This document shows positions 10,040-20,955 of a stretch of 64,000 bases of DNA, piece after piece. The first letter of the stretch is position 1. Every line of letters begins with the position of its first letter. The position numbers and the translations under genes are program-made. The stretch is taken from assembly GCA_964005815.1 (NCBI GenBank), contig CAXFSR010000060.1, positions 1,257 to 65,256 of the forward strand, given 5' to 3'. Source of the DNA: an uncultured Nitrospinaceae bacterium (lineage in GTDB: Bacteria; UBA8248). Below the pieces are notes generated by a model, which saw only the letters and a list, made by a program, of their open reading frames with translations, searched no databases and had not been told where the DNA came from.

Positions 10040-11050
10040 TTGAATAAAGAAATACTACCGTTAGGAAAAATAGAACATGATCTATTAAGAGAATTTTTAG
10101 ATGACCTTGAAGGTGACCCTCGTCTAATAGTAGGACCAAAAGTTGGAGAAGATGCTGCTGTAATCGATTTTGGGGATAAATATCTTGTAGCAAAATCAGA
10201 TCCAATTACATTCACGGAAGAAAAAATAGGATGGTATGCAGTTCATATTAATGCCAATGATATCGCTTGTATGGGAGCTGAACCTAAATGGTTTCTCATT
10301 ACTCTTTTAATGCCAGATGGTAAAACTTATAAATCTTCAATAAAAAAAATATTCAAAGATATTAAAAGAGCCTGTAAAGAACTAGGTGTAATCTTATGTG
10401 GTGGTCACACTGAGATAACAAAAGGTTTAGAACGGCCTATTTTGTGTGGCCAGATGCTTGGTGAAGTTAAAAAAAATAATCTCATACAGGGATCTAAATC
10501 TAAGAAAGGTGATTCCATATTAATGACCCAAAAAATTCCTATAGAAGGAACTGCAATTTTAGCAAATCATAAAAATAAAGAATTACTTAATACAATAGAT
10601 AACAAATTACTTAAAAAAGCTCAGAGATTTTTAGAAAAACCTGGAATCAGTGTGGTAAAAGCAGCTATTACCGCAGCAAAAACTGGTCATATACATTCTA
10701 TGCATGATCCTACAGAAGGTGGACTAGCAACAGGAATCCATGAACTTGCTCTTGCTTCAAATTTAGGAGCTTTAGTCAATTACGAATTAATTCCAATGTA
10801 TAAAGAGGGAATGGAAATTTGCAAAACATTCAATCTCGATCCGCTGGGCCTCATTACATCTGGAACTCTACTTATAACTACAAGTGAGGATAATGAAAAA
10901 AAGATTATAAAAAAATTAAAAAAAATAGAGATAGAGACAACTAAAATTGGTAAATTGGTTGATAAAAATCTTGGTGTGAAAATAAAAATAGGAAAAAAGA
11001 CTAGTGATTTACCCATTTTTCAAATGGATGAAATCTCAAAAGTTATTTAA
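10040..11050 (+). CDS. AIR synthase-related protein (PurM superfamily; HypE/ThiL/SelD-like fold)
   Basis: 336 aa. VGEDAAVIDFGDKYLVAKSDP and HINANDIACMGAEP N-domain motifs, plus MHDPTEGGLATG in the C-domain. Lacks both the SelD GCGCK motif and the HypE C-terminal Cys. TTG start with an AAGAGGA RBS. Confidence 0.6.
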   Translation: MNKEILPLGKIEHDLLREFLDDLEGDPRLIVGPKVGEDAAVIDFGDKYLVAKSDPITFTEEKIGWYAVHINANDIACMGAEPKWFLITLLMPDGKTYKSSIKKIFKDIKRACKELGVILCGGHTEITKGLERPILCGQMLGEVKKNNLIQGSKSKKGDSILMTQKIPIEGTAILANHKNKELLNTIDNKLLKKAQRFLEKPGISVVKAAITAAKTGHIHSMHDPTEGGLATGIHELALASNLGALVNYELIPMYKEGMEICKTFNLDPLGLITSGTLLITTSEDNEKKIIKKLKKIEIETTKIGKLVDKNLGVKIKIGKKTSDLPIFQMDEISKVI

Positions 11051-11072
11051 AAATAAGGTATGGAGAAATAAA

Positions 11073-11645
11073 GTGAAAGTTGGTGTATTACTCGATTTTG
11101 ATGGAACTATAACAAAACCTGTTTTTAACTGGCCGGCAATGAAAAGAGAAATGAATCTTACAAATGCAGATTTATCTATTCTCGATTATATCTCAACTGT
11201 AGATCCTGAAGACGCTGCAAAGATAGAAGCAATTCTCGAACGTTACGAAATAGAAGCCGCTCTTAAAGCTGAATTAAACGAAGGCGCTAAAGATTTAATT
11301 AATTTTTTAAGAGAAAAAAAAATCCCACATGCGATTGTTACTAATAATGCAAAAAGACATATTCTTAAAATGTTGGAAATTTTAGATCTTAGTTTTGAGA
11401 AAATAATAACCAGAGATATTGGATTTTGGAAACCAGATCCAAGGCAAGTTGTTGCGGGTGCACAGATAATTCAAACACCGCCAGATCGATGTCTTTTTAT
11501 AGGCGATGGACAATACGACATGCATGCAGCAACTGAAGCAGGGATGATTGCAATACATCTTTCAAAATCTAAAACACTTGAGTGTGACTATCAAATTACA
11601 AGCCTTAACGACGCAATCCCAATAATTTCTAGTTTTTATAAATAA
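11073..11645 (+). CDS. HAD-superfamily hydrolase
   Basis: DxDGT motif (VLLDFDGTIT). Likely GTG start at 11073 preceded by a GGAG RBS. The tracked ORF begins earlier, at 11004. Confidence 0.7.
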   Translation: MKVGVLLDFDGTITKPVFNWPAMKREMNLTNADLSILDYISTVDPEDAAKIEAILERYEIEAALKAELNEGAKDLINFLREKKIPHAIVTNNAKRHILKMLEILDLSFEKIITRDIGFWKPDPRQVVAGAQIIQTPPDRCLFIGDGQYDMHAATEAGMIAIHLSKSKTLECDYQITSLNDAIPIISSFYK

Positions 11646-11654
11646 ATTTTAGAT

Positions 11655-13160
11655 TTAAAATAAACTTGAAGCGGAAAGTTTTGTGATATCAATAAAACTA
11701 TCTGGGAAAAGACCAAGATAAAGGGTCATAGACAATAGAATGACCAAAGTAAAGATTAATGAGGAAGCACGGGAGAATTCAAAAGGAATGTCTGGGTCCT
11801 TTGCAGGTTCCATAAACATCACCATAATAACTCGTCCATAATAATACATAGAAATCGCACTTGTAAGTATCCCGATAACAGCCAACCAATAGAATTCATT
11901 TTGTATTGCCGCTGCGAAGAGATATAACTTTCCTACAAAACCTGCAGTTGGAGGTATCCCAGCCAATGAAAGAAGAAAAACCACGAAACACATACCGAAC
12001 CAAGGATGGGACTGACCTAATCCACGCCAATCTTCAATCTGATCTCCTCTTTTGCCTTCTTGGCACATCCATATCAGCATTCCAAAAGCACCTAAATTTG
12101 TAAACAAATATATACCTAAATAAAACAGTACTGAACTTACATTAAAATCACTAAAAAGATATTTCCCATTATGAATTGTGAAACATGAAACAAAACCCAT
12201 CAAAATATAACCGGCATGACTCATACTTGAATACGCAAGCATACGTTTTAGATTCTTCTGTGCAATTGCAGCAATATTACCCCAAACCATTGTCGCAGCA
12301 GTTAAAGCCCAAAAGAGAACAGTCCATCTTGTACTCATAGAAGGCAAGGCTATGACAAAAAGTCGGACTATAACTGCCACAGCTGCTGCCTTCACTGCAA
12401 CAGACATAAATGCAGTTACAGATGTTGGAGCGCCTGTATATGCATCTGGTAGCCACATATGAAAAGGAGCTAGCGCCATTTTAAAAGCAAAACCGCCAAC
12501 TAATAATATAACTGACAAAATTAAAACTGGCTGAGATACTACTGCATTTACATTAGAACTAGAAAGAGCCTTAGCGATAGCAGTAAATGATGTTGAACCG
12601 GTGTAGCCGTAGAGTAATGCGATACCATACAACAAAATTCCAGACGCAAAAGCACCCATCAAAAAATATTTAAATCCTGCTTCTCTACTTAATACATCAT
12701 TTCTCATAAATGCAACTAAAACATAAATACTTATACTCATAGTTTCTATACCAAGATATAGAGTCATTAGATCATTAGCTGAAACTAAAACTAGCATCCC
12801 AAAAACGGAAAACAAAAGCATGGCATAAAATTCACCATAATTAATTTTTTCAACTTTCAGATAATCAATCGACATTAAAACTGTAAGAGCAGCACAAACT
12901 AAAATAGTAGATTTTAAGAAAACACTAAAATTATCAACTATATAAAAATCACTAAAGGTAGTTTTTGGCCCAACACCCCACTGAGATAAAGTAAAATAAA
13001 GGACTATAATTATTCCAATTAAACTAACTAAACCAACTAGAGATTTCTTCTCTAATGAAACAAATAGATCAAAAATAAGAACAAATCCTATAAGAATAGC
13101 AAGACTAATCTCAGGCAAGGCCAGTGAAAATAATATGTCTGGTATAACTACTTGCTGCAT
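11655..13160 (-). CDS. nuoN: NADH-quinone oxidoreductase subunit N (copy 1)
   Basis: 501 aa polytopic antiporter-like subunit with NuoN-type motifs. Last gene of the downstream nuo operon. Confidence 0.9.
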   Translation of the reverse strand: MQQVVIPDILFSLALPEISLAILIGFVLIFDLFVSLEKKSLVGLVSLIGIIIVLYFTLSQWGVGPKTTFSDFYIVDNFSVFLKSTILVCAALTVLMSIDYLKVEKINYGEFYAMLLFSVFGMLVLVSANDLMTLYLGIETMSISIYVLVAFMRNDVLSREAGFKYFLMGAFASGILLYGIALLYGYTGSTSFTAIAKALSSSNVNAVVSQPVLILSVILLVGGFAFKMALAPFHMWLPDAYTGAPTSVTAFMSVAVKAAAVAVIVRLFVIALPSMSTRWTVLFWALTAATMVWGNIAAIAQKNLKRMLAYSSMSHAGYILMGFVSCFTIHNGKYLFSDFNVSSVLFYLGIYLFTNLGAFGMLIWMCQEGKRGDQIEDWRGLGQSHPWFGMCFVVFLLSLAGIPPTAGFVGKLYLFAAAIQNEFYWLAVIGILTSAISMYYYGRVIMVMFMEPAKDPDIPFEFSRASSLIFTLVILLSMTLYLGLFPDSFIDITKLSASSLF

Positions 13161-13189
13161 GATATTTAAGACTCCTATGGACTAAAATC

Positions 13190-14749
13190 TTAGTTTTTAG
13201 CAGAAACCTTTGAAATACGTTTTTGGATAATTGCAACGTTTTTACTCGTTTGATTCTGATCCACAATTTTCACAACTCTTTTAAGACTAGCCTCCATTTT
13301 ATTTATAAAAGGTTTAGGATAGAGACCAATCCAAAACATTAAAATAACTAAAGGAGCTAGATAAAGAATCTCTCTTAAATTACAATCTGGGATATTTTCA
13401 TTTTTTGGATTTTCCAATTTCCCAAAAAATACTCTTTGAAATAACCAAAGCATATAAGCAGCACCAAGAACAATTCCAATCACAGCAAATGCCGCGTAAA
13501 TATAACTTTTCTTAAATGCACCAATAAGGATTAAAAACTCACCTACAAATCCATTTAACCCAGGTAGCCCTATACTACTTAACATAGTTATTGCAAAAAT
13601 TACGGTAAAAATTGGCATTTGCTTTGAGAGTCCGCCATATTCGGAAATTTCGCGTGTATGTCTTCTTTCATAAACAACTCCGACAAGTAAAAAGAGTGCG
13701 CCGGTACTAATACCATGATTTATCATTTGTAATTGACCACCTATTAGCCCCTGTTCATTTAACGCAAAAACTCCCAGCATAACAAATCCTAGATGACTGA
13801 CTGATGAGTAAGCTACAAGCTTTTTAATGTCAGTTTGAGCCATCGCGACCAATGCTCCATATATAATTCCGATGATAGACAGAAGTACCATAAAAGGCAC
13901 AAAAAGTTGCGTCGCCTCTGGAAGAAGAGGCAATACAAATCGAACAAAACCATATGTACCCATTTTCAATAGAATTCCAGCAAGAATTACACTACCGGCA
14001 GTCGGTGCCTCTACGTGCGCGTCAGGCAACCATGTATGAAAAGGAAACATTGGAACTTTGATAGCAAAACCAATGAAAAAGGCAAGGAAAATCCATACCT
14101 GTAAACTTAGTGGAATCTTTGGTCCCACAAGATACAATTCGGTTAGACTAAAAGTTAAAGAACCGGTTCCTGACTTCATATTAAAGAAATATAAAGCAAG
14201 GATTCCTAGAAGCATTAAAACACTTCCGAAAAGCGTATAAAGAAAGAATTTTATTGCAGCATAGAGTTTTCTGGTTCCACCCCAAATACCAATCAAGAAA
14301 TACATCGGTACTAATGTAACTTCGAAGAAAACGTAAAACAGAAAGATATCAATTGCTAGAAATGTTCCAAGCATACCTGTTCCTAGCAAAAGCAAACAAA
14401 CATAATATTCTTTTTCACGTTCTTTAATAGCAGTAAAAGAACAAACAATAGAAATTAACATTGTTAACGTTGTTAGAAGAATCAAAAGTACACTAATCCC
14501 ATCTACTCCAAGATAATAACTGACACCAATTGATGGTATCCAGCTGACTTTTTCAACAAATTGAAATCCTGCCTCAGAGTCATTGAAGTTCGTCCATAAA
14601 GGAAGAGATATAAGAAAATCGAGAAATGCAACACCAGTAGCAAACATCTTGATTGTTTTCACTTGCTCTTTTTTTATAAAGAGCATAATAATAATTGCTC
14701 CCAGCAAAGGAAGAAAAATTATCAGCGAAAGAAGTGGAAGATTATTCAT
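13190..14749 (-). CDS. nuoM: NADH-quinone oxidoreductase subunit M (copy 1)
   Basis: 519 aa. WLPDAHVEAPTAGSVILAG motif typical of NuoM. Confidence 0.9.
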   Translation of the reverse strand: MNNLPLLSLIIFLPLLGAIIIMLFIKKEQVKTIKMFATGVAFLDFLISLPLWTNFNDSEAGFQFVEKVSWIPSIGVSYYLGVDGISVLLILLTTLTMLISIVCSFTAIKEREKEYYVCLLLLGTGMLGTFLAIDIFLFYVFFEVTLVPMYFLIGIWGGTRKLYAAIKFFLYTLFGSVLMLLGILALYFFNMKSGTGSLTFSLTELYLVGPKIPLSLQVWIFLAFFIGFAIKVPMFPFHTWLPDAHVEAPTAGSVILAGILLKMGTYGFVRFVLPLLPEATQLFVPFMVLLSIIGIIYGALVAMAQTDIKKLVAYSSVSHLGFVMLGVFALNEQGLIGGQLQMINHGISTGALFLLVGVVYERRHTREISEYGGLSKQMPIFTVIFAITMLSSIGLPGLNGFVGEFLILIGAFKKSYIYAAFAVIGIVLGAAYMLWLFQRVFFGKLENPKNENIPDCNLREILYLAPLVILMFWIGLYPKPFINKMEASLKRVVKIVDQNQTSKNVAIIQKRISKVSAKN

Positions 14750-14773
14750 AATATCTTAGACCCCCAAAACCTA

Positions 14774-16831
14774 CTATTGTAAAAGATAAGCACTTAACAT
14801 TAAGAAAACACCTAAAAGCATTGCAAGCAAATAATTCTGAACCATTCCAGATTGTAAAAATTTAAAAACTTGACTAAAGAAACGAACAAAGTTCGCTACA
14901 CCGTTCACTGCACCATCAACTGTCCTTATATCAAAAAGGGAAGACACTCGACTCGTTAAAACCGTTACAAATGTACTTCCATTTACAGCACCATCAACAA
15001 CTTTAGCATCAAAATTCCACAAAAAACGCATCAATCTATAAATTGGCTCTACAATACATTTTTGATATAACTCGTCTACATAATACTTATTCAGTAAAAT
15101 TTTATATAAACCTGGGAACTTTTGTTGTATTTGATCAGGCATGTTTGATTTTTTCCCATACATACTCCAAGCAATCACAATACCTCCAACAGCTATTATT
15201 ATAGCAAGTATAATTAAGTACATAGCTTCTGGTCCATGATGACCTCCGCTTTCTCCAGAAGCCGCATGAGCGGAAGAAATCAAATTAAAAGAAGAATGAT
15301 GAGTCACATGAGACATTTTAGCGAGAGAAGGAGCTAGAAAATCATGAATCCACCCTTTTTCTGGTGGAAACCCGGGAATAATTCCTCCAAAAATACTCAA
15401 AACTGCAAGTAAAATCAATGGTATTGTCATTGCGGGGGGAGATTCATGAATATGTTCCCTAGCATGAGTGTCTACTCTCATTTCTCCATGAAAAGTCATA
15501 AAAATCAGCCTAAACATATAAAAAGCAGTCATTAATGCTGCTATAGAACCAACTATCCATACAAAAGTATGTCCAGAGAAAAAAGCATTAGCCAAAATTT
15601 CATCTTTACTCCAAAATCCTGCAAAAGGCGGAACGCCTGCTATTGCTATCGCACCGATTAGAAAAGTCCAATATGTTATTGGCATCTTAGATTTAAGACC
15701 ACCCATATATCTCATGTCTTGCTGTTGCTCTTCGGGAGCATGATGTAAAGCATGAATTACACTTCCACTTCCAAGAAACAAAAGACCTTTAAAAAATGCA
15801 TGAGTCATAAGATGGAAAACACCTGCAGTAAATGCCCCAACCCCAAGCGCCATAAACATAAAACCTAATTGACTAACAGTACTATAAGCAAGCACACGTT
15901 TAATATCATTTTGCACGAGACCTATAGATGCTGCAAAAATTGCTGTAAGTGCTCCTACAACAGCAATAACTTCTAAAGCCAAAGCTGCATCAACATATAT
16001 AGGACTGGTTCTCGCAACCATATAAACGCCAGCCGTTACCATTGTAGCCGCATGAATTAGAGCACTAACGGGAGTAGGTCCTTCCATAGCATCAGGCAGC
16101 CAAACATAGAGAGGGATTTGAGCACTTTTTCCCATCGCACCAATAAAAAGCAGAAGTCCAATAATAGAAGCATAAGTAGTTTCAACACCAAGAACATTGA
16201 TATTTACGGCAAATTTCGATGTTGATTGCGACACTTCTTGGTAAGTGAGAGTATCTGCTAACATCCATATCAAAAACATTCCTAGTAAAAATCCAGCGTC
16301 TCCAATTCTGTTTACAATAAAGGCTTTTTTCCCTGCATCAGAAGCAGATTTTTTTTCATACCAAAAACCAATAAGCAAATAACTACATAAACCAACACCT
16401 TCCCATCCAACAAACATTACCAAATAGTTATCGCCAAGTACGAGGAGAAACATAGAAAGCATGAATAAATTGAGATATGTGAAAAATCTAGAGAATCCGG
16501 GATCCCCATGCATATATCCAATTGAATAAAGATGAACCAAAAATCCAACTCCAGAAACAACTAAAAGCATAATTGTACTTAATGGATCTATAAGAAAACT
16601 TAGCGAAACACTAAAACTTCCTGCGTGAATCCATTCCCAGAGATGAACGGTATGTTTTCCACCAGCACCAAAAATCATTTCATTCGCAATGAAAATTACA
16701 ACCAACAGAGACAATCCTGCCATTAAAGTTGCTATATAACCGGATTTCTCCCCTAATCGTTTTCCAAAAATTCCATTAATTAGAACACCTACAACAGGGA
16801 AAAAAGGAATTAACCATGCATTTAAAATCAT
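14774..16831 (-). CDS. nuoL: NADH-quinone oxidoreductase subunit L (copy 1)
   Basis: 685 aa. WLPDAMEGPTPVSALIHAATMVTAG motif and the long C-terminal horizontal helix region. Confidence 0.9.
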   Translation of the reverse strand: MILNAWLIPFFPVVGVLINGIFGKRLGEKSGYIATLMAGLSLLVVIFIANEMIFGAGGKHTVHLWEWIHAGSFSVSLSFLIDPLSTIMLLVVSGVGFLVHLYSIGYMHGDPGFSRFFTYLNLFMLSMFLLVLGDNYLVMFVGWEGVGLCSYLLIGFWYEKKSASDAGKKAFIVNRIGDAGFLLGMFLIWMLADTLTYQEVSQSTSKFAVNINVLGVETTYASIIGLLLFIGAMGKSAQIPLYVWLPDAMEGPTPVSALIHAATMVTAGVYMVARTSPIYVDAALALEVIAVVGALTAIFAASIGLVQNDIKRVLAYSTVSQLGFMFMALGVGAFTAGVFHLMTHAFFKGLLFLGSGSVIHALHHAPEEQQQDMRYMGGLKSKMPITYWTFLIGAIAIAGVPPFAGFWSKDEILANAFFSGHTFVWIVGSIAALMTAFYMFRLIFMTFHGEMRVDTHAREHIHESPPAMTIPLILLAVLSIFGGIIPGFPPEKGWIHDFLAPSLAKMSHVTHHSSFNLISSAHAASGESGGHHGPEAMYLIILAIIIAVGGIVIAWSMYGKKSNMPDQIQQKFPGLYKILLNKYYVDELYQKCIVEPIYRLMRFLWNFDAKVVDGAVNGSTFVTVLTSRVSSLFDIRTVDGAVNGVANFVRFFSQVFKFLQSGMVQNYLLAMLLGVFLMLSAYLLQ

Positions 16832-16841
16832 TTCTAGTTAC

Positions 16842-17147
16842 CTACCATTTTAAAAGATTTACTTCATCAACATTCATAACAGTTTTATCACGATTCAACG
16901 AAATCAAAATCGCCAATCCAACAGCAGCTTCACAGGCAGCAACGGCAATAACAAAAATCGCAAAAACTTGACCGGATAGATCCGCCCACTGTCTAGAAAA
17001 ACCAATTAAAGTAACATTTACCGCATTTAACATAAGTTCTATAGATAAGAGAATAATAATAGCGTTTCTTCTCATAAGAACACCTGCTGCACCAATAAGA
17101 AAAAGTACAGCTCCTAGAGTCAAAAAATGAGAAATAGGTATCATCAA
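16842..17147 (-). CDS. nuoK: NADH-quinone oxidoreductase subunit K (copy 1)
   Basis: 101 aa, 3 TM helices. Ends in NLLKW-like sequence typical of NuoK. Confidence 0.9.
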   Translation of the reverse strand: MMIPISHFLTLGAVLFLIGAAGVLMRRNAIIILLSIELMLNAVNVTLIGFSRQWADLSGQVFAIFVIAVAACEAAVGLAILISLNRDKTVMNVDEVNLLKW

Positions 17148-17153
17148 AATCTC

Positions 17154-17663
17154 CTATGAATCTATTCTTTTCTTAGCAAGCACAATTGCACCAATCATGG
17201 CGGCTAACAAAAGAATAGAAACTACTTCGAACGGAAAAACAAATTTCGTATACAAAACGCTTCCCAATGCTTCTACATTTCCAGGGGTTGCTCCTAACTT
17301 CCAAGGCCATACTTTCATTGCGGGGAAAACTCCCTTACCAAGAACAGACCAAATTTCGAAACCCAAAATTAACACAATTAGAATCGCAAAAAATCGTTGT
17401 CTGTGCCATTGACGAATTCGTACTGCAACCTGAACATTCATTAACATAATCGAGAATAGGTACAGAACCATAATACCACCAGAATAAATAAGAACTTGAA
17501 CAGCCGCAAGGAATTCAGCTCCAGCTAAGACAAAAAGTCCTGCCAAGAAGAAGAATGACAAAACTAATAAAAGAGCTGCATGAATTACATTAGACCTTGT
17601 AATCATGAACAAAGATGTAATCACTATACCGGCAGAAAAAAGATAGAAAAATGGCAGTTCCAA
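17154..17663 (-). CDS. nuoJ: NADH-quinone oxidoreductase subunit J (copy 1)
   Basis: 169 aa NuoJ-like membrane subunit. Confidence 0.85.
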   Translation of the reverse strand: MELPFFYLFSAGIVITSLFMITRSNVIHAALLLVLSFFFLAGLFVLAGAEFLAAVQVLIYSGGIMVLYLFSIMLMNVQVAVRIRQWHRQRFFAILIVLILGFEIWSVLGKGVFPAMKVWPWKLGATPGNVEALGSVLYTKFVFPFEVVSILLLAAMIGAIVLAKKRIDS

Positions 17664-17679
17664 ATGTAGCTCCTAAAAC

Positions 17680-18651
17680 TTATAAGAAAAGATACTTAAT
17701 CAAACCAGTTAGAAAAATATTAATGAGTACAAGAGGAAACATAAATTTCCAACCAACACGCATCAATTGATCATATCGATATCTAGGCAATGTAGCTCTA
17801 AGCCAAATAAAAACAAAAATCATAGCGGCTAGCTTTAGCACAAACCATACAAAACCTGGTAAAGGAATTCCAGGAATTCCCATCCAACCACCAAAAAACA
17901 ACGTAATTCCAACGGTTGAAACAACCATAATATTTGCATACTCAGCTAGAAAGAAAAATGCGAACTTCATTCCACTGTATTCTGTATGAAAACCAGAAAC
18001 GAGTTCCGTCTCAGCTTCAGGCAAATCAAAAGGGACACGATTAGTTTCCGCTAAAGCAGCAATGAAGAATACTATAAAAGCCAACGGTTGCGAGAATACA
18101 AACCAACCTTCGGACTGTGCTTCAACAATTTTTTGCATATTTAGTGAACCCGCAAGCATCAAAGGACCGATGAGAGCAAAACCGAGAAAAATTTCGTAAC
18201 TCAACATTTGCGCAGCACTTCTCAATGCACCTAGTAGACTATACTTACTGTTTGATGCCCAACCAGCCATAACAACTCCAAAAACACCTAGAGAACTTAT
18301 AGCTAGAATCAAAAATAATCCAATATTTACTTGGGTAATATAGAAATTTTCACTAAAAGGTAAAACTGAATATACTACAAACGCGGGGACTAAAACCATG
18401 ATAGGAGCAAGGACAAAAACAACTTTGTCTGATTTTGCAGGAATTATATCTTCTTTCAAGAAAAGCTTAAGTCCATCGGCAATAGGCTGTAAAAGACCGT
18501 GCCAGCCTACTCGCATTGGACCCAATCGCATTTGTATGTGAGCAATAATTTTTCTCTCCAGATAGGTCAAATAAGCAACCACTAGAGAAACAACTAAAAG
18601 TACTACTGCAATTTTAATAAACGCTATTAATGCCTCTGTTGCAATATCCAA
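17680..18651 (-). CDS. nuoH: NADH-quinone oxidoreductase subunit H (copy 1)
   Basis: 323 aa. [12 protein letters not shown] and [15 protein letters not shown] motifs. NuoJ follows directly, with no nuoI between them. Confidence 0.9.
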   Translation of the reverse strand: MDIATEALIAFIKIAVVLLVVSLVVAYLTYLERKIIAHIQMRLGPMRVGWHGLLQPIADGLKLFLKEDIIPAKSDKVVFVLAPIMVLVPAFVVYSVLPFSENFYITQVNIGLFLILAISSLGVFGVVMAGWASNSKYSLLGALRSAAQMLSYEIFLGFALIGPLMLAGSLNMQKIVEAQSEGWFVFSQPLAFIVFFIAALAETNRVPFDLPEAETELVSGFHTEYSGMKFAFFFLAEYANIMVVSTVGITLFFGGWMGIPGIPLPGFVWFVLKLAAMIFVFIWLRATLPRYRYDQLMRVGWKFMFPLVLINIFLTGLIKYLFL

Positions 18652-18672
18652 TGAAATAAACTCCCAAACAAA

Positions 18673-19815
18673 TTATCTATCACATTCCCCAAGTACGATA
18701 TCTATGCTTCCAATAACGGCAACAACATCTGCAAGTAGACCTCCAACACACAATTTTTTTAGAGCAGCTAAATTTATAAATGACGGGGGTCTAATACGCA
18801 CACGATATGGTGTTTCTGTACCATCGCTAACTATATAGAATCCGAATTCTCCTTTAGGGTTTTCAATACTATGATATATTTCACCCTCTGGAGGCTTAAT
18901 TGTTCTTGGTGTTTTACAGCTCACAGGTCCATCAGGTAATTGCTCTAAACACTGCTGTATGATTTTCACACTTTGCCTTAATTCTTCAATCCTAACGATA
19001 TACCTGTCATAAATATCTCCATTTTCGCCAGTAGGAACTACAAAATCTAAGTATGGATAGGCCGCATATGGTTTAGCCCTTCTCAAATCATAATTTACTC
19101 CACTTGCTCTCAAGAGAGGACCAGACAAACCAAAATCAACTGCATCTTCACCTGAAATAACTCCCACTCCACGAGTACGTTGAAGCCAAATACGATTATT
19201 AGTCAAAAGTGTTTCATAATCTTGAATTCGACTGGGGAAAATATCGATAAACTCTTGTGCTAATGTCAAAAACTTTGCTGGAACATCTTGCTCCAATCCG
19301 CCTAAACGGAATGCATTCACAGTTAAACGACCACCAAACGCTGTTTCAAATAAATCAAGTACCATCTCCCTTTCTCTAAAGCACCATAGAAAAACTGTCA
19401 TTGCTCCAATATCAAGAGCATGAGTAGCTAACCATAACAAATGACTAGCAATACGAGAAAATTCACCAACCATAGAACGTATATAGTTGGCTCGCATAGG
19501 AATTTCCCAATCGAAAAATTTTTCAACTGCAGTTACCCATGCCAAATTATTAGAAGGAGCAGCTATATAATCCAAGCGGTCGGTATAAGGTATAAACATG
19601 GAATAGGTTATATTTTCACCTATTTTTTCGGTACCTCTATGCAGGTATCCAATATCACAATCAAGATCTGTCACTGTTTCACCATCTAGATGAAGAATCA
19701 CACGAAGTACACCATGTGTACTAGGATGCTGGGGTCCCATATTTACTACAAGTTCCTCAGCTCCAGTAACAGTCTTTGTTTGAATTTCTGAATTTGTTTC
19801 TTCTATTTCATACAA
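18673..19815 (-). CDS. nuoD: NADH-quinone oxidoreductase subunit D (copy 1)
   Basis: 380 aa. MGPQHPSTHGVLR motif at the N-terminus. Confidence 0.9.
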   Translation of the reverse strand: MYEIEETNSEIQTKTVTGAEELVVNMGPQHPSTHGVLRVILHLDGETVTDLDCDIGYLHRGTEKIGENITYSMFIPYTDRLDYIAAPSNNLAWVTAVEKFFDWEIPMRANYIRSMVGEFSRIASHLLWLATHALDIGAMTVFLWCFREREMVLDLFETAFGGRLTVNAFRLGGLEQDVPAKFLTLAQEFIDIFPSRIQDYETLLTNNRIWLQRTRGVGVISGEDAVDFGLSGPLLRASGVNYDLRRAKPYAAYPYLDFVVPTGENGDIYDRYIVRIEELRQSVKIIQQCLEQLPDGPVSCKTPRTIKPPEGEIYHSIENPKGEFGFYIVSDGTETPYRVRIRPPSFINLAALKKLCVGGLLADVVAVIGSIDIVLGECDR

Positions 19816-19834
19816 ATTTCAAATCTCCTAATCA

Positions 19835-20428
19835 TTACTCTCCTATTTCCTTTCGTTGAGGCTTTTCATATACTCTCTCGCCTTTTCCTTCTATAGGGTA
19901 GCTTTTAAGCATTGGATGGCTCCCCCAATCATCAGGCAATAAAATTCTTCTCAAGTCAGGATGACCAGAAAAATCAATTCCAAAAAGATCAAAAACTTCC
20001 CGTTCCATCCAATTGGCACTAGACCAAAGATTGGATAATGTAGGAATGGATTGCTCTTCTTGTAATTTCACTTTTAAACGTACACGTCGATTTCTTTCAA
20101 TGCTATATAGTTGGTATATTAAATGAAGGGGTAGATCGTCATCTGGATAATGCGTAGCTGTCAAATCAACAAGCATAGTGAACTTAAAGACTTCATCATC
20201 CCTAAGTAAAAGCGCAACTTCTTCTATGGAATCCGGTTTTATAGTAATACTAAGCTCATCCTCAAAATCACTAAATGCTTCAGCATCAAATGTAGACCCT
20301 GAAAATTTAGCCTCTAGAAAATCAAGGATATCCTTACCAACGTCTTCTTTCGAATCTTCCTCTGGGTTTTTTTCTGAGGTCTCTTCCTCTACCTCGGAAT
20401 TCTCACCTTGAACTGACTCGTCTGCCAT
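19835..20428 (-). CDS. nuoC: NADH-quinone oxidoreductase subunit C (copy 1)
   Basis: 197 aa. NuoC core (NLWSSANWMEREVFDLFGIDFSGHPDLRRILLPDDW) preceded by an acidic N-terminal extension of about 60 aa. Confidence 0.85.
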   Translation of the reverse strand: MADESVQGENSEVEEETSEKNPEEDSKEDVGKDILDFLEAKFSGSTFDAEAFSDFEDELSITIKPDSIEEVALLLRDDEVFKFTMLVDLTATHYPDDDLPLHLIYQLYSIERNRRVRLKVKLQEEQSIPTLSNLWSSANWMEREVFDLFGIDFSGHPDLRRILLPDDWGSHPMLKSYPIEGKGERVYEKPQRKEIGE

Positions 20429-20457
20429 CTCATTCCTTAAAAGTTAATTTCTGAATC

Positions 20458-20955
20458 TTATTTGCGAATAAATTTCTCTTGTTCAATTTTTTTCTGTAAC
20501 TGCATTACTCCCCACATAAGAGATTCCGGTCTGGGAGGACATCCAGGAATGTAAACATCAACGGGAATAATCTCATCTACCCCTTGCATTACTGCATAAT
20601 TTGGATAAGGTCCACCACAAGTTGCGCAATTTCCCATAGCTATAACCCATCTTGGTTCAGGCATTTGATCATAAACTTTTCTAATTGCACTTCCCATTTT
20701 ATGAGTGACTGTTCCAGCAACTATAATTACATCTGATTGTCTTGGGGTAGCACGAAAAATTACTCCAAATCTATCAAAATCATACCTTGCCGCACCTGAA
20801 GCCATCATTTCAATCGCACAACAAGCAAGACCAAATGTCATCGGCCATAAAGCACTTTTCCTAGCCCAAGCAACAAGACTATCTACCTTGGAAGTAATAA
20901 AATTGTCGTTAAATTTTCCTTCTACTACGCCCATTCCAGAGCTCCTTTTTTCCAA
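20458..20955 (-). CDS. nuoB: NADH-quinone oxidoreductase subunit B (copy 1)
   Basis: 165 aa. Cluster-N2 cysteines present ([20 protein letters not shown]). Confidence 0.9.
   Translation of the reverse strand: MEKRSSGMGVVEGKFNDNFITSKVDSLVAWARKSALWPMTFGLACCAIEMMASGAARYDFDRFGVIFRATPRQSDVIIVAGTVTHKMGSAIRKVYDQMPEPRWVIAMGNCATCGGPYPNYAVMQGVDEIIPVDVYIPGCPPRPESLMWGVMQLQKKIEQEKFIRK

Noticed and set aside
10040-11050. Calling the AIR-synthase-related protein SelD
   Set aside because: The N-terminal glycine-rich loop with Cys/Sec and Lys (GCGCK-type) is absent. The motifs are generic PurM-superfamily motifs.
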